Shown in pieces: positions 19,676 through 30,053 of a stretch of DNA of 64,000 nucleotides (positions are counted from its first letter, which is position 1; each line of letters starts with the position of its first letter). The stretch is from Acidobacteriota bacterium. GTDB taxonomy: Bacteria > Acidobacteriota > Thermoanaerobaculia > UBA5066 > Gp7-AA6. Under the pieces are notes generated by a model. The model was not told the DNA's origin. It saw nothing but the letters and a program-made list of their open reading frames with translations, and did no database searches. The position numbers and the translations under genes are program-made. The stretch covers positions 4,611 through 68,610 of the forward strand of contig DAHUXD010000054.1 in assembly GCA_027307335.1 (NCBI GenBank). Reading direction: 5' to 3'.

Positions 19676-20576
19676 GGCGCCGGCCGGGGGCGTCGCGGAA
19701 TATCTCGCGACGCGCCGGGGCGAGGTCGACCGCGCCCTCGAGCGGCTGCTGCCGCCGGGGGACGCGTGGCCGTCGATTCTCCATCGCGCGATCCGTCACT
19801 CCGTGTTCGCGGGCGGCAAGCGCCTGCGCCCGATCCTCTGCCTCGCGGCCGCGGAGGTGCTCGGCGCCTCGTCCGAGGACGTGCTCGAGCCGGCGTGCGG
19901 TCTCGAGATGATCCACACCTACTCGCTCATCCACGACGACCTTCCGGCTCTCGACAACGACGACCTGCGCCGCGGCGTGCCCACGTGCCACGTCGTGTTC
20001 GGCGAGGCGACCGCGATTCTCGCCGGCGACGCGCTCCTGACCCACGGCCTCGGCGTGTTCGCGGCCTACCCGAAGGGGGAGAAGCACGCGGCCGCCAAGA
20101 TCCGCGTGCTCGAGACCGTGGTCGAGGCGATCGGGACGCGCGGCATGATCGGCGGCCAGATGGCCGACATCGAGGCCGAGCAGGAGACGCGGCCGACCGC
20201 CGAGCTCCTGACCCGCATCCACGAGAACAAGACGGGCCGGCTGATGCGCGCGTCGCTGCTGTGCGGCGCGATCCTCGCCGGGGGCGACGACGAAAAACTC
20301 GCCGCGATCGACCGTTACGGCACCCGGATCGGCCTCGCGTTCCAGATCAAGGACGACCTGCTCGACGTCGAGTCCGACGCCGCGACGCTCGGCAAGGCGT
20401 CGAACAAGGACGCCGCCGCCGGGAAGGCGACGTTCCCGGTCGTCTGGGGCGTCGAGCGTTCGCGCGCGCTGCTGTCCGAGAACATCGCGGCGGCGGTCGC
20501 GGAGGCCCAGGCGCTCCCGCGGGGCGGCGGCGTGCTGCCGGACCTCGCGCGGTTCATCGGCGCCCGCCGGTCGTGA
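19659..20576 (+). CDS. ispA: Polyprenyl synthetase (FPP/GGPP synthase)
   Basis: LIHDDLPALDNDDLRRG (first DDxxD) and FQIKDDLLD (second DDxxD). Confidence 0.85.
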   Translation: MPTGAEAPAGGVAEYLATRRGEVDRALERLLPPGDAWPSILHRAIRHSVFAGGKRLRPILCLAAAEVLGASSEDVLEPACGLEMIHTYSLIHDDLPALDNDDLRRGVPTCHVVFGEATAILAGDALLTHGLGVFAAYPKGEKHAAAKIRVLETVVEAIGTRGMIGGQMADIEAEQETRPTAELLTRIHENKTGRLMRASLLCGAILAGGDDEKLAAIDRYGTRIGLAFQIKDDLLDVESDAATLGKASNKDAAAGKATFPVVWGVERSRALLSENIAAAVAEAQALPRGGGVLPDLARFIGARRS

Positions 20577-21568
20577 AGGCGTTCGTCCAGACCGCGATCG
20601 GAAAATTCGAAGAGCGCGACCTCGAGCGGCCGGAGCCGGGCCCGGGCGAGCTCGTCCTGCGGATGCGCGCCGCCCTGACGTGCGGCACCGACGTCAAGCT
20701 CCTCGCGCGCGGGCACGCCCGCATCGCGCTGCCGGTGACGATGGGTCACGAGCTGTGCGGCGAGGTGGCGGCCGCGGGCCCGGGGGCCGGCGGATTCCGG
20801 CCGGGCGAGCGCGTCGTCCCCGGGATCTCGGGACCGTGCGGCCGGTGCGCGGACTGCAGCACGGGGCGGCCGAACCTCTGCGAGCGAGGCCACGCCGATC
20901 GCACGTGGGGAGCCTTCGCCGAGTACGTGCGCGTGCCGGCGGGGGTCGTCGCCGCGAACCTCCACCGCGTGCCCGGCGCCCTCGAGGACGAGGTCGCCGC
21001 GTTCATGGACCCGCTCGCCTCCGTCCTCCACGGCTGGAGCCGGCTGGGGAGCGCTCCCTCGACGCTCCTCGTCTACGGCGCGGGCGCGCTCGGACTCCTC
21101 TGGGCGGCGGTCGCCGCGCGGCACGGCGCGGCGGTCGTGGTCGCGGGACGCCGCCCGGAACGCGCCCGGCTCGCCGAGCGGTTCGGCGCGCGGTTCGCCG
21201 ACGTCGAACGAAACGGCCCGGCTCCCGAGACCGATGCCGCCGTGGATTGCACCGGCGATCCCGCCGTGTGGCGGCTCCTTTCGGAGAGCGTGCGCCCGGG
21301 CGGCACCGTGGTTCTCTTCGGCGGCTGCGCGCCGGGAGCGACGGCCGCGTTCGACGCCGCTCGCCTCCATTACGGGGAGCTCGCTCTCGTCGGCTCGTTC
21401 CACTACGGTCCGGCCGAGGCGCGGGCCGCGCTCGACCTGCTCGCCTCGGGCGCGATCGACCCGCGGCCCCTGCTCGCCGAGCGCGGCGCGCTCGCCGACC
21501 TGCCGCGCTTCCTCGCCGCGCAGGCGCGGGGCGAGGGCGTCCGCTACGCCGTCCGGAGCGGCGCGTGA
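20573..21568 (+). CDS. Zinc-binding medium-chain alcohol dehydrogenase (GTG start overlapping the ispA stop)
   Basis: GHELCGEV zinc motif, GAGALG Rossmann motif; only the last 331 codons of ORF 19766..21568 are the gene. Confidence 0.75.
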   Translation: MKAFVQTAIGKFEERDLERPEPGPGELVLRMRAALTCGTDVKLLARGHARIALPVTMGHELCGEVAAAGPGAGGFRPGERVVPGISGPCGRCADCSTGRPNLCERGHADRTWGAFAEYVRVPAGVVAANLHRVPGALEDEVAAFMDPLASVLHGWSRLGSAPSTLLVYGAGALGLLWAAVAARHGAAVVVAGRRPERARLAERFGARFADVERNGPAPETDAAVDCTGDPAVWRLLSESVRPGGTVVLFGGCAPGATAAFDAARLHYGELALVGSFHYGPAEARAALDLLASGAIDPRPLLAERGALADLPRFLAAQARGEGVRYAVRSGA

Positions 21569-21700
21569 CGCTCGCCGCGCTTCCCGCTACCGCTCGTCCT
21601 CGCGGCGGGGAGCCTGAAGGTCGTCTGAAAGAGCGGGGCGTCGGGCCTTCCGGGGGTATGCTTCGGCCTCCGGCGGCAAGCGCCGCGGGCAGGAGGCGAC

Positions 21701-22237
21701 ATGGCGAGGATCGGGGTGTTCCGCGCGGGTCTCGCGGCCGGCGTCTTCGTGGCCTCGACGGCCCTCGCGATGGCCGATGCGCCCGCGGTCGGCTCGCCCG
21801 CCCCGGCGTTCACCCTCACGTCGGACCAGGGGAAGTCCACGAGCCTCACGGACTACAAGGGCAAGTGGGTCGTCCTCTACTTCTATCCGAAGGACTTCAC
21901 CGGCGGTTGAACGCTCGAAGCCCACAACTTCCAGCGTGACCTGGAGCAGTACCAGAAGGCCAACGCCGTCATCCTCGGGGTGAGCCTCGACACCGTCCAA
22001 TCGCACAAGGACTTCTGCGCGAAGGAGGGGCTGCACTTCACCCTCCTGTCGGACCCCGATGGCAAGGTCTCGTCGGCGTACGACTCGGTCATGACCTACG
22101 AGGGGCAGAAGTACTCCGCGCGCCACACGTATCTCATTGCGCCCGACGGGAAGATCGCGAAGGTGTTCCTGAACGTGAAGCCCGGCAACCACAGCGAGGA
22201 GGTGCTCGCCGCACTGGCGAGCCTCCAGAAGAAGTAG
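21701..22237 (+). CDS. Secreted Bcp/Prx-type peroxiredoxin with in-frame UGA (21908-21910) at the peroxidatic-Cys position; putative selenoprotein
   Basis: ORFs 21701..21910 and 21980..22237 are in the same frame, separated only by the TGA; translation ...[13 protein letters not shown]-[TGA][10 protein letters not shown]...; N-terminal signal peptide; paralogous to the 16056 gene. Confidence 0.7.
21912..21936 (+). other. Hairpin immediately 3' of the in-frame UGA (candidate SECIS): CGCTCGAAG-cccacaa-CTTCCAGCG
   Basis: 9-bp stem with one mismatch, starting 2 nt after the UGA. Confidence 0.3.
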
Positions 22238-22253
22238 GCGCGTCGACTCGCCA

Positions 22254-23066
22254 TTGCGCGCGGTCATTCTCGCCGGGGGTCTGGGGACGCGGCTGCGGCG
22301 GCCGGGCGCCGCGGCGAGACTCGACGCCGCGCAGGCGGCGGCGGCCGATCGCGGCCTGAAGGCGCTGGTTCCCATCGGCGGCCGGCCCTTCCTCGACTAC
22401 GGGCTGTCGGGCCTCGCCGACGCCGGCGTGTCCGAGGCCGTCCTCGTGATCGGGCCGGCGAGCGCGGCGATCCGGGAACACTACGCGAAGAATCCGCCGT
22501 CCCGGATCCGGCTCTCGTTCGCCGAGCAGCGCGAGCCGCGCGGCTCGGCCGACGCGCTGCTCGCGGCCGAGCCCCTCGTGGACGCCGGCGGCACGGACTT
22601 CCTCGCGATGAACTCGGACGACCTGTACCCGCCGTCGGCGCTCCGCGGTCTGATCGAGCTCGGGCGGCCGGGACTGCCCGTCTTCTCCGGGGCGGCGCTT
22701 CTCGCGCACGGCAACTTCCCGCCCGAGCGGCTCGCGCGGTTCGCCACGCTCGAGATCGGCGCGAACGGAGAGCTCCGTCGGATCGTCGAGAAGCCCGGCG
22801 GCGCCGCGGCGGGCGCCCCGTCCGGCGATTCCTGGTACAGCATGAACCTTTGGCGCTTCTCGCCGGCGATCTTCGAACCCTGCCGCCGCGTGCCGCTCTC
22901 GACCCGGGGCGAGAAGGAGCTGCCGCAGGCCGTCGGCTTCGGGATCGCCGCGCTCGGCCTGTCGTTCCGCACGTTTCCGTGCGCCGAGGGGGTGATCGAC
23001 CTCTCGACCCGCGATGACGTCGAGGGCGTCGCCGCCCGGCTCGCCGGAGAGGCGCCCCGGCCCTGA
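22254..23066 (+). CDS. Sugar-phosphate nucleotidyltransferase family protein
   Basis: [14 protein letters not shown] signature. Confidence 0.75.
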   Translation: MRAVILAGGLGTRLRRPGAAARLDAAQAAAADRGLKALVPIGGRPFLDYGLSGLADAGVSEAVLVIGPASAAIREHYAKNPPSRIRLSFAEQREPRGSADALLAAEPLVDAGGTDFLAMNSDDLYPPSALRGLIELGRPGLPVFSGAALLAHGNFPPERLARFATLEIGANGELRRIVEKPGGAAAGAPSGDSWYSMNLWRFSPAIFEPCRRVPLSTRGEKELPQAVGFGIAALGLSFRTFPCAEGVIDLSTRDDVEGVAARLAGEAPRP

Positions 23067-23078
23067 GCGTCCGCCGGG

Positions 23079-26000
23079 TCAGCGAAGCCGGACGAAGTCC
23101 TCGGACAGAACGCGATCGTACGCGTCGAGCGCGCGGTCGGCGTCGGCCTCGGAGAAGACGAGCGGCGGCTTCATCTTGATGACGTCGTGGTCGGGGCCGT
23201 CGGTCGAGAGAAGGATGCCGTGGTCCTTCATCCGCTCGACGACGTACGCGGCCTGGCGCGGGGCGGGCGACCGCGCGTGCCGGTCGAGGACGAGCTCGAT
23301 GCCGAGGAAGAGTCCGAGCCCGCGCACGTCGCCGACGATCTCGTGCCGCTCCGCGAGGAGCCGGAGTCCCGCCTCGAGGCGCGCCCCGACGACGAGCGCC
23401 CGCTCCGGCAGCCGCTCGTCGCGGATCACGTCGAGCACGGCGAGGCCGATCTCGCACGAGACGGGGTTGCCGCCGAAGGTGTTGAAGTACTCCATGCCGT
23501 TCGCGAACGCCGCCGCGATCGCCGGCGTCGTCACGACGGCGCCGAGCGGGTGCCCGTTGCCGATCGGCTTGCCCAGCGTCACGATGTCGGGGACGACGCC
23601 CTGCGTTTCGAATCCCCAGAAGGCCGAGCCGACGCGGCCGAAGCCGACCTGGACCTCGTCGGCGATGCACACGGCGCCGGCCGCGCGGGCGTGGGCGTAG
23701 GCCGCGGCGAGGTAGCCCGGCGGCAGGACGATCTGGCCGCCGCAGGAGAGCAGGCTCTCGCAGAGGAACGCCGCGGGCGCGCGGCCGGCGGCGCGGACGC
23801 GCCCGAACGCCTCGCCGACGTGCGCGGCATACCTCGTTGCGCGCGCCGGGTCGTCGCGCCGGTAGAGCCCGCGGTAGTCGTCCGGCATCGGCGCGACGTG
23901 CACCCATGGAGGCGCGCCCTCGCCGCCCGGTCTCGCGTGCTTGTAGGGGCTGACGTCGACGAGGCCCTGCGTGTTCCCGTGGTACGCGCCGTCCACGACG
24001 ACGACGTCCCGCCCGCCGGTCGCGGCGCGCGCCAGCCGGAGCGCCAGCTCGTTCGCCTCCGATCCCGAGCAGACGAAGAAGCAGACCGATAGGGGGTCCG
24101 GCAGGGTCGCGGCGAGGCGCTCGGCATAGCGGACGATCGACGGGTGGAGGTAGCGCGTGTTCGTGTTGAGCACGGCCATCTGCCGCGCTCCGGCGCGAGC
24201 GACGCGCGGGTGGCCATGGCCGACGTGCGCGACGTTGTTGACCATGTCGAGGTAGACGCGACCGGTCTCGTCGTAGAGCGCGGCTTCGGAGCCGCGCACG
24301 ATCTCGAGCGGGTCGCGGTAGGAGAGCGAAAGGTTCCTCCCGAGGTGCCGCCGGCGCTCGGCGCGCAATCGCTCGTACGCGTCGGCGGGCGCGCGGAATC
24401 GGGGCGGCCCGCCGAGGACGAGGTTCGGATCGGGGCAGAGGGAGAGCCACGTCGCGCGCTGGCTCGCCGCGGCCACTCCCGGGAAGTCGCCGCGGAGACC
24501 GAGGAGGTCCGCGATCACCTGGAAGTGCGTGTGCGGCGCCCAGTCGCCGTTCTCGGGCGGCGGTCCGATCTCTCCGATCTTCTGCCCTCGCACGACGGCA
24601 TCGCCCTCGCGGAGGTCCGCGATCGAGGCACGCGAGAGATGGCCGTACAGCGTGTAGAAGGTCGGACCGCCGTCCGGCGCGTGCTCGAGGATGACCGTCG
24701 GGCCGTAGTCGAAGCGGGCGGCGTTGTCGCGCACGCCGTGCACGCGGCCCGCGATCGGGGCGAAGACGGGGGAGCCCGCCGGCTGGAAGAGGTCGTGGGC
24801 GAGGTGGACCGTGCGGCGCTCCGGGTGCTCCTCCGAGGAGCTGCCGTAGGCGTCGCCGAAGTAGAGCAGCCGCGCCTCGTCGTAGCGGCCGATGCCGAGG
24901 GTGGCGCCCCGGGAAGAGAGCGCGCCGAAGAGCCTCGCCGTCATGCGCTCGCGGTCGGTCGCCTCCTCGGGCGAGGCGAAGACGGGGCTGCCGACCGAGA
25001 GATCGAACACCACGGCCTCCGAGAGGTCCGCCGCCACGACCGGTCCGATCTCCGCGCGGTGTTCCCGAAGCCACGCCGCGATCGCGGGGGTTGTCGGGCA
25101 CGGCTCGAGTCCGCACGCCGCCCGCAGCCGGTAGTGCGCCAGCGAGGAAGGAATCGTCCGCATCGCGGCGAGGGCGTCCCACGCCGGCGCCTCGCTCACG
25201 AGGAGGTACGCGTTGTCGGGCTCGGTCGTGCGGCGGAGCGCCGACAAGCACACGCTCGTGCACAGCCGGATCGCGGTCAGGATCCAGAGCGCCTCGATCT
25301 CGGGCTCCGAGAGCGGCCGCACGGCGTGGTAGCCCGCGGCGACCTCTCCGGCCGCGGCGGCCGGATCCGCCTTGCCGAAGATCGCGTAGGCGGCCGCGAC
25401 CGCCACCTCGGACACCGTCCACGACTCGACCATGTCGCCGAAGTCGAGGAGTCCCGCGATCGTTCGCTCGCGGTCGGCCGGCGGACCGACGAGCACGTTG
25501 TGATCGTTGCCGTCGTTGTGGATGACCGAGCGGGGGAGCGACTGGAGGAGCGGCGCGACGACCCGGGCGTGCTCGGCCACGAAGTGCTCGACGACGGAGC
25601 GCCTTTCGCCGTCCTCGATCCTCCCCACGTGCCGCGCGACGACGTCGAGAGCGCGGTCGGGGTTCCAGAGGAGATCGCGTTGGCGGGCGGCCGGATGCGC
25701 GAAGCCCTCGAGCGCGCGGTCGAGGCGGCCGAGGAGCCGGCCGACTCCGCGCAGGAGGGCCGGCGAACGGGGGCGCGCCTCGGCGAGGACGGTCCCCGGA
25801 AGGTGCGAGAGCACCCGCACGAGCCGGCCTCCGGACTCGACGAGGACGCGGCCGTCCGCCGCGGGCACGAGACGAGGGACCGGGAGCTCGCCGTCTCGGG
25901 TCGCGATCCACTCGAGCGCGCGGTTCTGGAGATCGACGTTCTCTCGACGCTCGGCCGGTCCGCCGATCTTGAAAACGAAGCGCCCGCGCGGCGTGGCGAG

Positions 26001-26138
26001 CTCGAAGTTCTGGTCGCGCTCGCTCGGGAGCTCGCGAATGCCGTCGGCGGGGAGCTGCCAGGCGCTTCGGGCGAGATCCGCAGCGTCCTTCGCCGTCCAG
26101 CGGCTGCCGGGGCCGCCCTGTTCCGCGTCGGAAATCAC
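23079..26138 (-). CDS. Tri-domain protein: APH-like phosphotransferase / M23-family peptidase-like / class-III aminotransferase (PLP)
   Basis: N-terminal kinase motifs ([15 protein letters not shown]); central HxxxD...HxH M23 motifs (YGHLS, PHTHFQ); C-terminal class-III aminotransferase with the [14 protein letters not shown]-lysine region. Confidence 0.8.
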   Translation of the reverse strand: MISDAEQGGPGSRWTAKDAADLARSAWQLPADGIRELPSERDQNFELATPRGRFVFKIGGPAERRENVDLQNRALEWIATRDGELPVPRLVPAADGRVLVESGGRLVRVLSHLPGTVLAEARPRSPALLRGVGRLLGRLDRALEGFAHPAARQRDLLWNPDRALDVVARHVGRIEDGERRSVVEHFVAEHARVVAPLLQSLPRSVIHNDGNDHNVLVGPPADRERTIAGLLDFGDMVESWTVSEVAVAAAYAIFGKADPAAAAGEVAAGYHAVRPLSEPEIEALWILTAIRLCTSVCLSALRRTTEPDNAYLLVSEAPAWDALAAMRTIPSSLAHYRLRAACGLEPCPTTPAIAAWLREHRAEIGPVVAADLSEAVVFDLSVGSPVFASPEEATDRERMTARLFGALSSRGATLGIGRYDEARLLYFGDAYGSSSEEHPERRTVHLAHDLFQPAGSPVFAPIAGRVHGVRDNAARFDYGPTVILEHAPDGGPTFYTLYGHLSRASIADLREGDAVVRGQKIGEIGPPPENGDWAPHTHFQVIADLLGLRGDFPGVAAASQRATWLSLCPDPNLVLGGPPRFRAPADAYERLRAERRRHLGRNLSLSYRDPLEIVRGSEAALYDETGRVYLDMVNNVAHVGHGHPRVARAGARQMAVLNTNTRYLHPSIVRYAERLAATLPDPLSVCFFVCSGSEANELALRLARAATGGRDVVVVDGAYHGNTQGLVDVSPYKHARPGGEGAPPWVHVAPMPDDYRGLYRRDDPARATRYAAHVGEAFGRVRAAGRAPAAFLCESLLSCGGQIVLPPGYLAAAYAHARAAGAVCIADEVQVGFGRVGSAFWGFETQGVVPDIVTLGKPIGNGHPLGAVVTTPAIAAAFANGMEYFNTFGGNPVSCEIGLAVLDVIRDERLPERALVVGARLEAGLRLLAERHEIVGDVRGLGLFLGIELVLDRHARSPAPRQAAYVVERMKDHGILLSTDGPDHDVIKMKPPLVFSEADADRALDAYDRVLSEDFVRLR

Positions 26139-26159
26139 GGCGCGATATTCTCACGCGCC

Positions 26160-27410
26160 ATGCAGACCGCCGCGCTCGACGCCCGGCTCGACGTTGCCGC
26201 GATCCGCGGCCGGTTTCCCGCGCTCGCTCGCGTCCACGAGGGCCGTCCCGTGGCCTACTTCGACGGCCCGGGCGGCACGCAGGTGCCCCGCGCCGTCGCC
26301 GACGCGATGACCGACTACCTTCTGCACCACAACGCCAACACGCACTGGAAGTACCCGTCGTCGGAGGAGACCGACGCGATGATCGAGGCGGCGCGCGACG
26401 CCCTGGCCGACTTCGTCAGTGGCGACGCGTCCGAGATCGCGTTCGGCCAGAACATGACGACACTGACGTACCACCTCTCGCGCGCGCTCGGCCGGAAATG
26501 GGGCCCGGGCGACGAGATCGTCGTGACGGAGCTCGACCACCACGCGAACGTCGATCCATGGAAGTGGCTCGCGAAGGAGCGCGGCGTCACGATCCGCAAG
26601 GTCCGCATGCGGACCGAGACCGGGGACCTCGATCCGGCCTACCTCGAGCGCGCCATCGGGAAGCGCACGCGGCTCGTCGCGATCGGGGGCGCCTCGAACG
26701 CGCTCGGCACGATCAACGACGTGCGCCGGATCTGCTCGATGGCGCGCGACGCCGGCGCGCTCGCGTTCGTCGACGCGGTGCACTACGCGCCGCACGTCCT
26801 GCCCGACGTCGCGGAGATCGGGTGCGACTTCCTCGCGTGCTCGCCGTACAAGTTCTACGGGCCGCACCTCGGCGTGCTGTGGGGGAAGCGCGCGCTCATC
26901 GACGCGCTCGACGTGCCGAGGCTCGAGCCGGCGCCGGACTGGTCGCCGGAGCGCCTGGAGACCGGCACGCTCTCGCACGAGGCGATCGCCGGCGCCGCGG
27001 CCGCCGTCGACTTCCTCGCCGGGCTCGCCGGAGGGGCCGCCTCCGGCCGCCGTTCCGCGCTCGAGGCGGCCTATGCGGGCCTCCACGCGCGGGGCGCGCG
27101 CCTGTTCGCGCGCCTCTGGGAGGGACTCGGCCGCATTCCGGGCGTGACGCGCTACGGCCCTCCGGCGGACGCGCGGCGGACGCCGACCGTCTCCTTCGTC
27201 GTCGCCGGGCGCGGCGCGCACGAGGTGGCCGCGGACCTCGCCCGCCGCGCCGTGTTCGCGTCGAGCGGCGACTTCTACGCCTGGACCATCGTTCAGCGCC
27301 TCGGCCACGCGGAGGACGGGCTCGTCCGCGCGGGCTGCGCCATCTATACGACGGACGAGGAGGTCGAGCGGCTGCTCGAGGGGGTCTCGGAGGCGGCGTC
27401 GCGCCGCTAA
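26160..27410 (+). CDS. Class-V aminotransferase, cysteine-desulfurase-like (NifS/SufS family)
   Basis: TELDHHANV, SPYKFYGP (PLP-lysine region); only the C-terminal 416 codons of ORF 24144..27410 are the gene. Confidence 0.8.
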   Translation: MQTAALDARLDVAAIRGRFPALARVHEGRPVAYFDGPGGTQVPRAVADAMTDYLLHHNANTHWKYPSSEETDAMIEAARDALADFVSGDASEIAFGQNMTTLTYHLSRALGRKWGPGDEIVVTELDHHANVDPWKWLAKERGVTIRKVRMRTETGDLDPAYLERAIGKRTRLVAIGGASNALGTINDVRRICSMARDAGALAFVDAVHYAPHVLPDVAEIGCDFLACSPYKFYGPHLGVLWGKRALIDALDVPRLEPAPDWSPERLETGTLSHEAIAGAAAAVDFLAGLAGGAASGRRSALEAAYAGLHARGARLFARLWEGLGRIPGVTRYGPPADARRTPTVSFVVAGRGAHEVAADLARRAVFASSGDFYAWTIVQRLGHAEDGLVRAGCAIYTTDEEVERLLEGVSEAASRR

Positions 27411-28264
27411 CCCAATCGCTCGAGCAGGGCGAAGCCGCCGAGGCGCTTCAGCTCCGCCCGCTTCTCGGGCGAGGCGAACCGGCCGAGCAGCCGCCAGATC
27501 CAGGCGTTCCAGGGTCCGCGGCCGAGGCGGATCGCCTCCTCGAGCGTCGACCGGTACTCGACCTCGCGCCAGCCGAACCTTTCGAAGAAGCGCGTGCTCT
27601 CCGCCGGCGCGAAGCGCAACGGCGCCCGGGCGGCGCCGAGCGAGGAGCCCCACCTCTTGTCGAGCATCTTCTTCAGGCGCGGCGCGATCAGGTCGAGGAG
27701 CCACCATCGGAAGGCCGGCACCGCGCGCAGGTCCTCGGCCAGGTCGCCGACCTCCTCGTCCGACAGATACACGAGCAGGCCCTCGGCCACGACCAGCGCC
27801 CGGCCGGCGACCGCTCCGATCCGGGAGAACACGTCGCGCCGCTCGGCCGGCGTCGTGAGGTCCGCCGAGACCGCCTCGTAGGCGCAGGCGGGGCGCTCCT
27901 CCCGGAGCCCGCCGACCTTGTAGCCCAGGATCCCGGGCAGGTCGACGTCGAACCACCGGAGCGTGGGCGGCAGCGCCATGCGCCACGGCCGCGTGTCGAG
28001 ACCCGCCGCGAGGTTCACCACCGTGTCGGCGCCGTCGCGCGCGATCGTCCGGAGGAGGATCTCGTCGAAGGCGCACGTCCGCGCCACCATCGGCCAGAGA
28101 CCGGACCGGAAGCCGGGGAGCGTGCGCGCGATCTCCTCGCCGCGCGTGCCGGCCAGCCGCCGCGCGAACGGGTCGCGGAATCGGGCGTCGGGGCGCTCCG
28201 ACTCGATCGCGCGGTACATCGCGACCCAGCGCGCGGTATCGCTGACGCTTTCGAGCGGCGACAT
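27407..28264 (-). CDS. Class I SAM-dependent methyltransferase (TIGR00027 / leucine-carboxyl-MTase-like); convergent 4-nt overlap with the upstream gene
   Basis: ARWVAMYRAIES...VVNLAAGLDTRPWR. Confidence 0.7.
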   Translation of the reverse strand: MSPLESVSDTARWVAMYRAIESERPDARFRDPFARRLAGTRGEEIARTLPGFRSGLWPMVARTCAFDEILLRTIARDGADTVVNLAAGLDTRPWRMALPPTLRWFDVDLPGILGYKVGGLREERPACAYEAVSADLTTPAERRDVFSRIGAVAGRALVVAEGLLVYLSDEEVGDLAEDLRAVPAFRWWLLDLIAPRLKKMLDKRWGSSLGAARAPLRFAPAESTRFFERFGWREVEYRSTLEEAIRLGRGPWNAWIWRLLGRFASPEKRAELKRLGGFALLERLG

Positions 28265-28305
28265 GGCGGACGCGAATCCTATCCCCGTGTTCGATAATCG
28301 GCCTG

Positions 28306-29325
28306 GTGAAAGCCGTGCGGGTCGGCGCGTCGGGCGCCGTCGAGGTCGTCGAGATGGACGAGCCCCGGATCGGGCCGGGCGAGGCCCTGCTCCGGACGCG
28401 CGTCTCGGGGATCTGCGGCTCGGACCTGCTCGACTGGTACGTGCGGGGCAAGGCGGGCAGCGTCCTCGGTCACGAGCTCTCGGGGGAGATCGTCGCGGTC
28501 GGCGACGGCGTGACCGACTTCGCCACCGGGGACCGGGTCGTGCCGCACCACCACGCCCCGTGCTTCTCCTGCGTGCACTGCGAGGCGGGCCGCTACGTGC
28601 ACTGCGCCGAGTGGCGCGCCTCCCGCCTCGACCCGGGCGGGATGGCCGAGCGCGTGCGGATTCCCGCGGGAAACCTCGCGCGCGACACGCAGAAGGTTCC
28701 CGACGGCGTGTCGGACGAGGCCGCGAGCTTCACCGAGCCGCTCGCGACGGTCGTGAAGGCGTTCCGCCGCGGGCACTTTGCGGCCGGGCTGTCGTTTTTC
28801 GGCGTGGGGCTCGGCACGACCGGCCAGCTCGCGCTGCGCCTCGCGCGCGCGTCGGGCGCCTCCCGCCTCGCCGGCGCCGATCGGGTCGCGTCGCGCCTCG
28901 CCCTCGCGCGCACGGCGGGTGCCGAGGTGGTGAACGTGGACCAGGAGCCGCTCGCCGAGGCGGCGCGGCGCCTGTCCGGCGGCCGCGGATTCGACTTCGT
29001 GCTCGTCTGCCCCGGCAAGGCGGACGTCGTCCGCGACGCGGTCGGGGCCGTGGCGCCCGGCGGAACGCTCCTCGTGTTCACGATGGCGGCGCCGGGCGAC
29101 ACGTGGGCCGCGGACCTGAACGGCCTGTACTTCCGGGAGATCGCGGTCGTCCCGTCCTACTCCTGCGGCCCCGACGACACGCGCGACGCGCTCGCCGCGA
29201 TCGCGAGCGGCCGTGTGGCCGTGGATGACCTCGTCTCGCACCGCTTCGGCATCGCCGAGGCGGCCGAGGCCTTCGCGCGCGCGCGCCGTCCCGAGGGCTC
29301 GATGAAGGTCGTGCTGGCGTCTTGA
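28306..29325 (+). CDS. Zinc-dependent alcohol dehydrogenase family protein
   Basis: GHELSGEIV, C-x2-C-x2-C-x7-C structural zinc site, GVGLGTTG. Confidence 0.8.
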   Translation: MKAVRVGASGAVEVVEMDEPRIGPGEALLRTRVSGICGSDLLDWYVRGKAGSVLGHELSGEIVAVGDGVTDFATGDRVVPHHHAPCFSCVHCEAGRYVHCAEWRASRLDPGGMAERVRIPAGNLARDTQKVPDGVSDEAASFTEPLATVVKAFRRGHFAAGLSFFGVGLGTTGQLALRLARASGASRLAGADRVASRLALARTAGAEVVNVDQEPLAEAARRLSGGRGFDFVLVCPGKADVVRDAVGAVAPGGTLLVFTMAAPGDTWAADLNGLYFREIAVVPSYSCGPDDTRDALAAIASGRVAVDDLVSHRFGIAEAAEAFARARRPEGSMKVVLAS

Positions 29326-30053
29326 GATCCCGGCTCGACGTCGCCCTCGTCGCGCGCGGCCTGGTCCCGACCCGGGAGAAGGCGCAGGCGCTGATCCTGG
29401 CGGGCCGCGTCGCCGTGGACGGGCGGCCCGCGACGAAGGCGGGGCAGCCGGTCGGCGACGACGCGGCGCTCGCGGTCGCCGAGCCGCCCCACCCCTACGT
29501 CTCGCGCGGCGGCGTCAAGCTCGCCGCGGCCCTCGACGGCTTCGGCATCGATCCGGCGGGGAAGACCTGCCTCGACGTCGGCGCCTCGACCGGCGGGTTC
29601 ACCGACTGCCTCCTCCAGCGCGGCGCCGCCCGCGTGTTCGCGGTCGACGTCGGGCACGGCCAGCTCGACGCGAGGCTGCGCGCGGACCCTCGGGTCGTCG
29701 TGCGCGAGAAGGTCAATGCGCGCTCGCTTTCCGAAACGGACGTGCCCGAACCGGTGGACCTCGCGGTCGTCGACGTCTCGTTCATCTCGCTCCGGCTCGT
29801 TCTTCCGCCGGTCGCGGCGCGGGTCCGGCCGGGGGGCGCCGTGGTCGCGCTGGTCAAGCCCCAGTTCGAGGCGGGGCGCGCGGAGGTGCCGAAGGGGGGC
29901 GTCGTGCGCTCGGAGGCGACGCGGCGGCGGGTCGTCTCGGACATCGAGGCGGCCGGGCGCGCGCTCGGCCTCGAGGTCCTCGGGGTGGTCCCGTCGCCGA
30001 TCGCCGGCGCCCGCGGCAACGCCGAGTTTCTGCTGGGTTTTCGTGTAAATTGA
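29322..30053 (+). CDS. tlyA: TlyA-family rRNA 2'-O-methyltransferase
   Basis: S4 domain (RLDVALVARGL), FtsJ-like MTase (LDVGASTGGFTD). Confidence 0.85.
   Translation: MRSRLDVALVARGLVPTREKAQALILAGRVAVDGRPATKAGQPVGDDAALAVAEPPHPYVSRGGVKLAAALDGFGIDPAGKTCLDVGASTGGFTDCLLQRGAARVFAVDVGHGQLDARLRADPRVVVREKVNARSLSETDVPEPVDLAVVDVSFISLRLVLPPVAARVRPGGAVVALVKPQFEAGRAEVPKGGVVRSEATRRRVVSDIEAAGRALGLEVLGVVPSPIAGARGNAEFLLGFRVN

Noticed and set aside
24144-27410. Apparent 1088-aa ORF
   Set aside because: Only the last 416 codons (from ATG 26160) match a class-V aminotransferase. The rest is antisense to the tri-domain gene.
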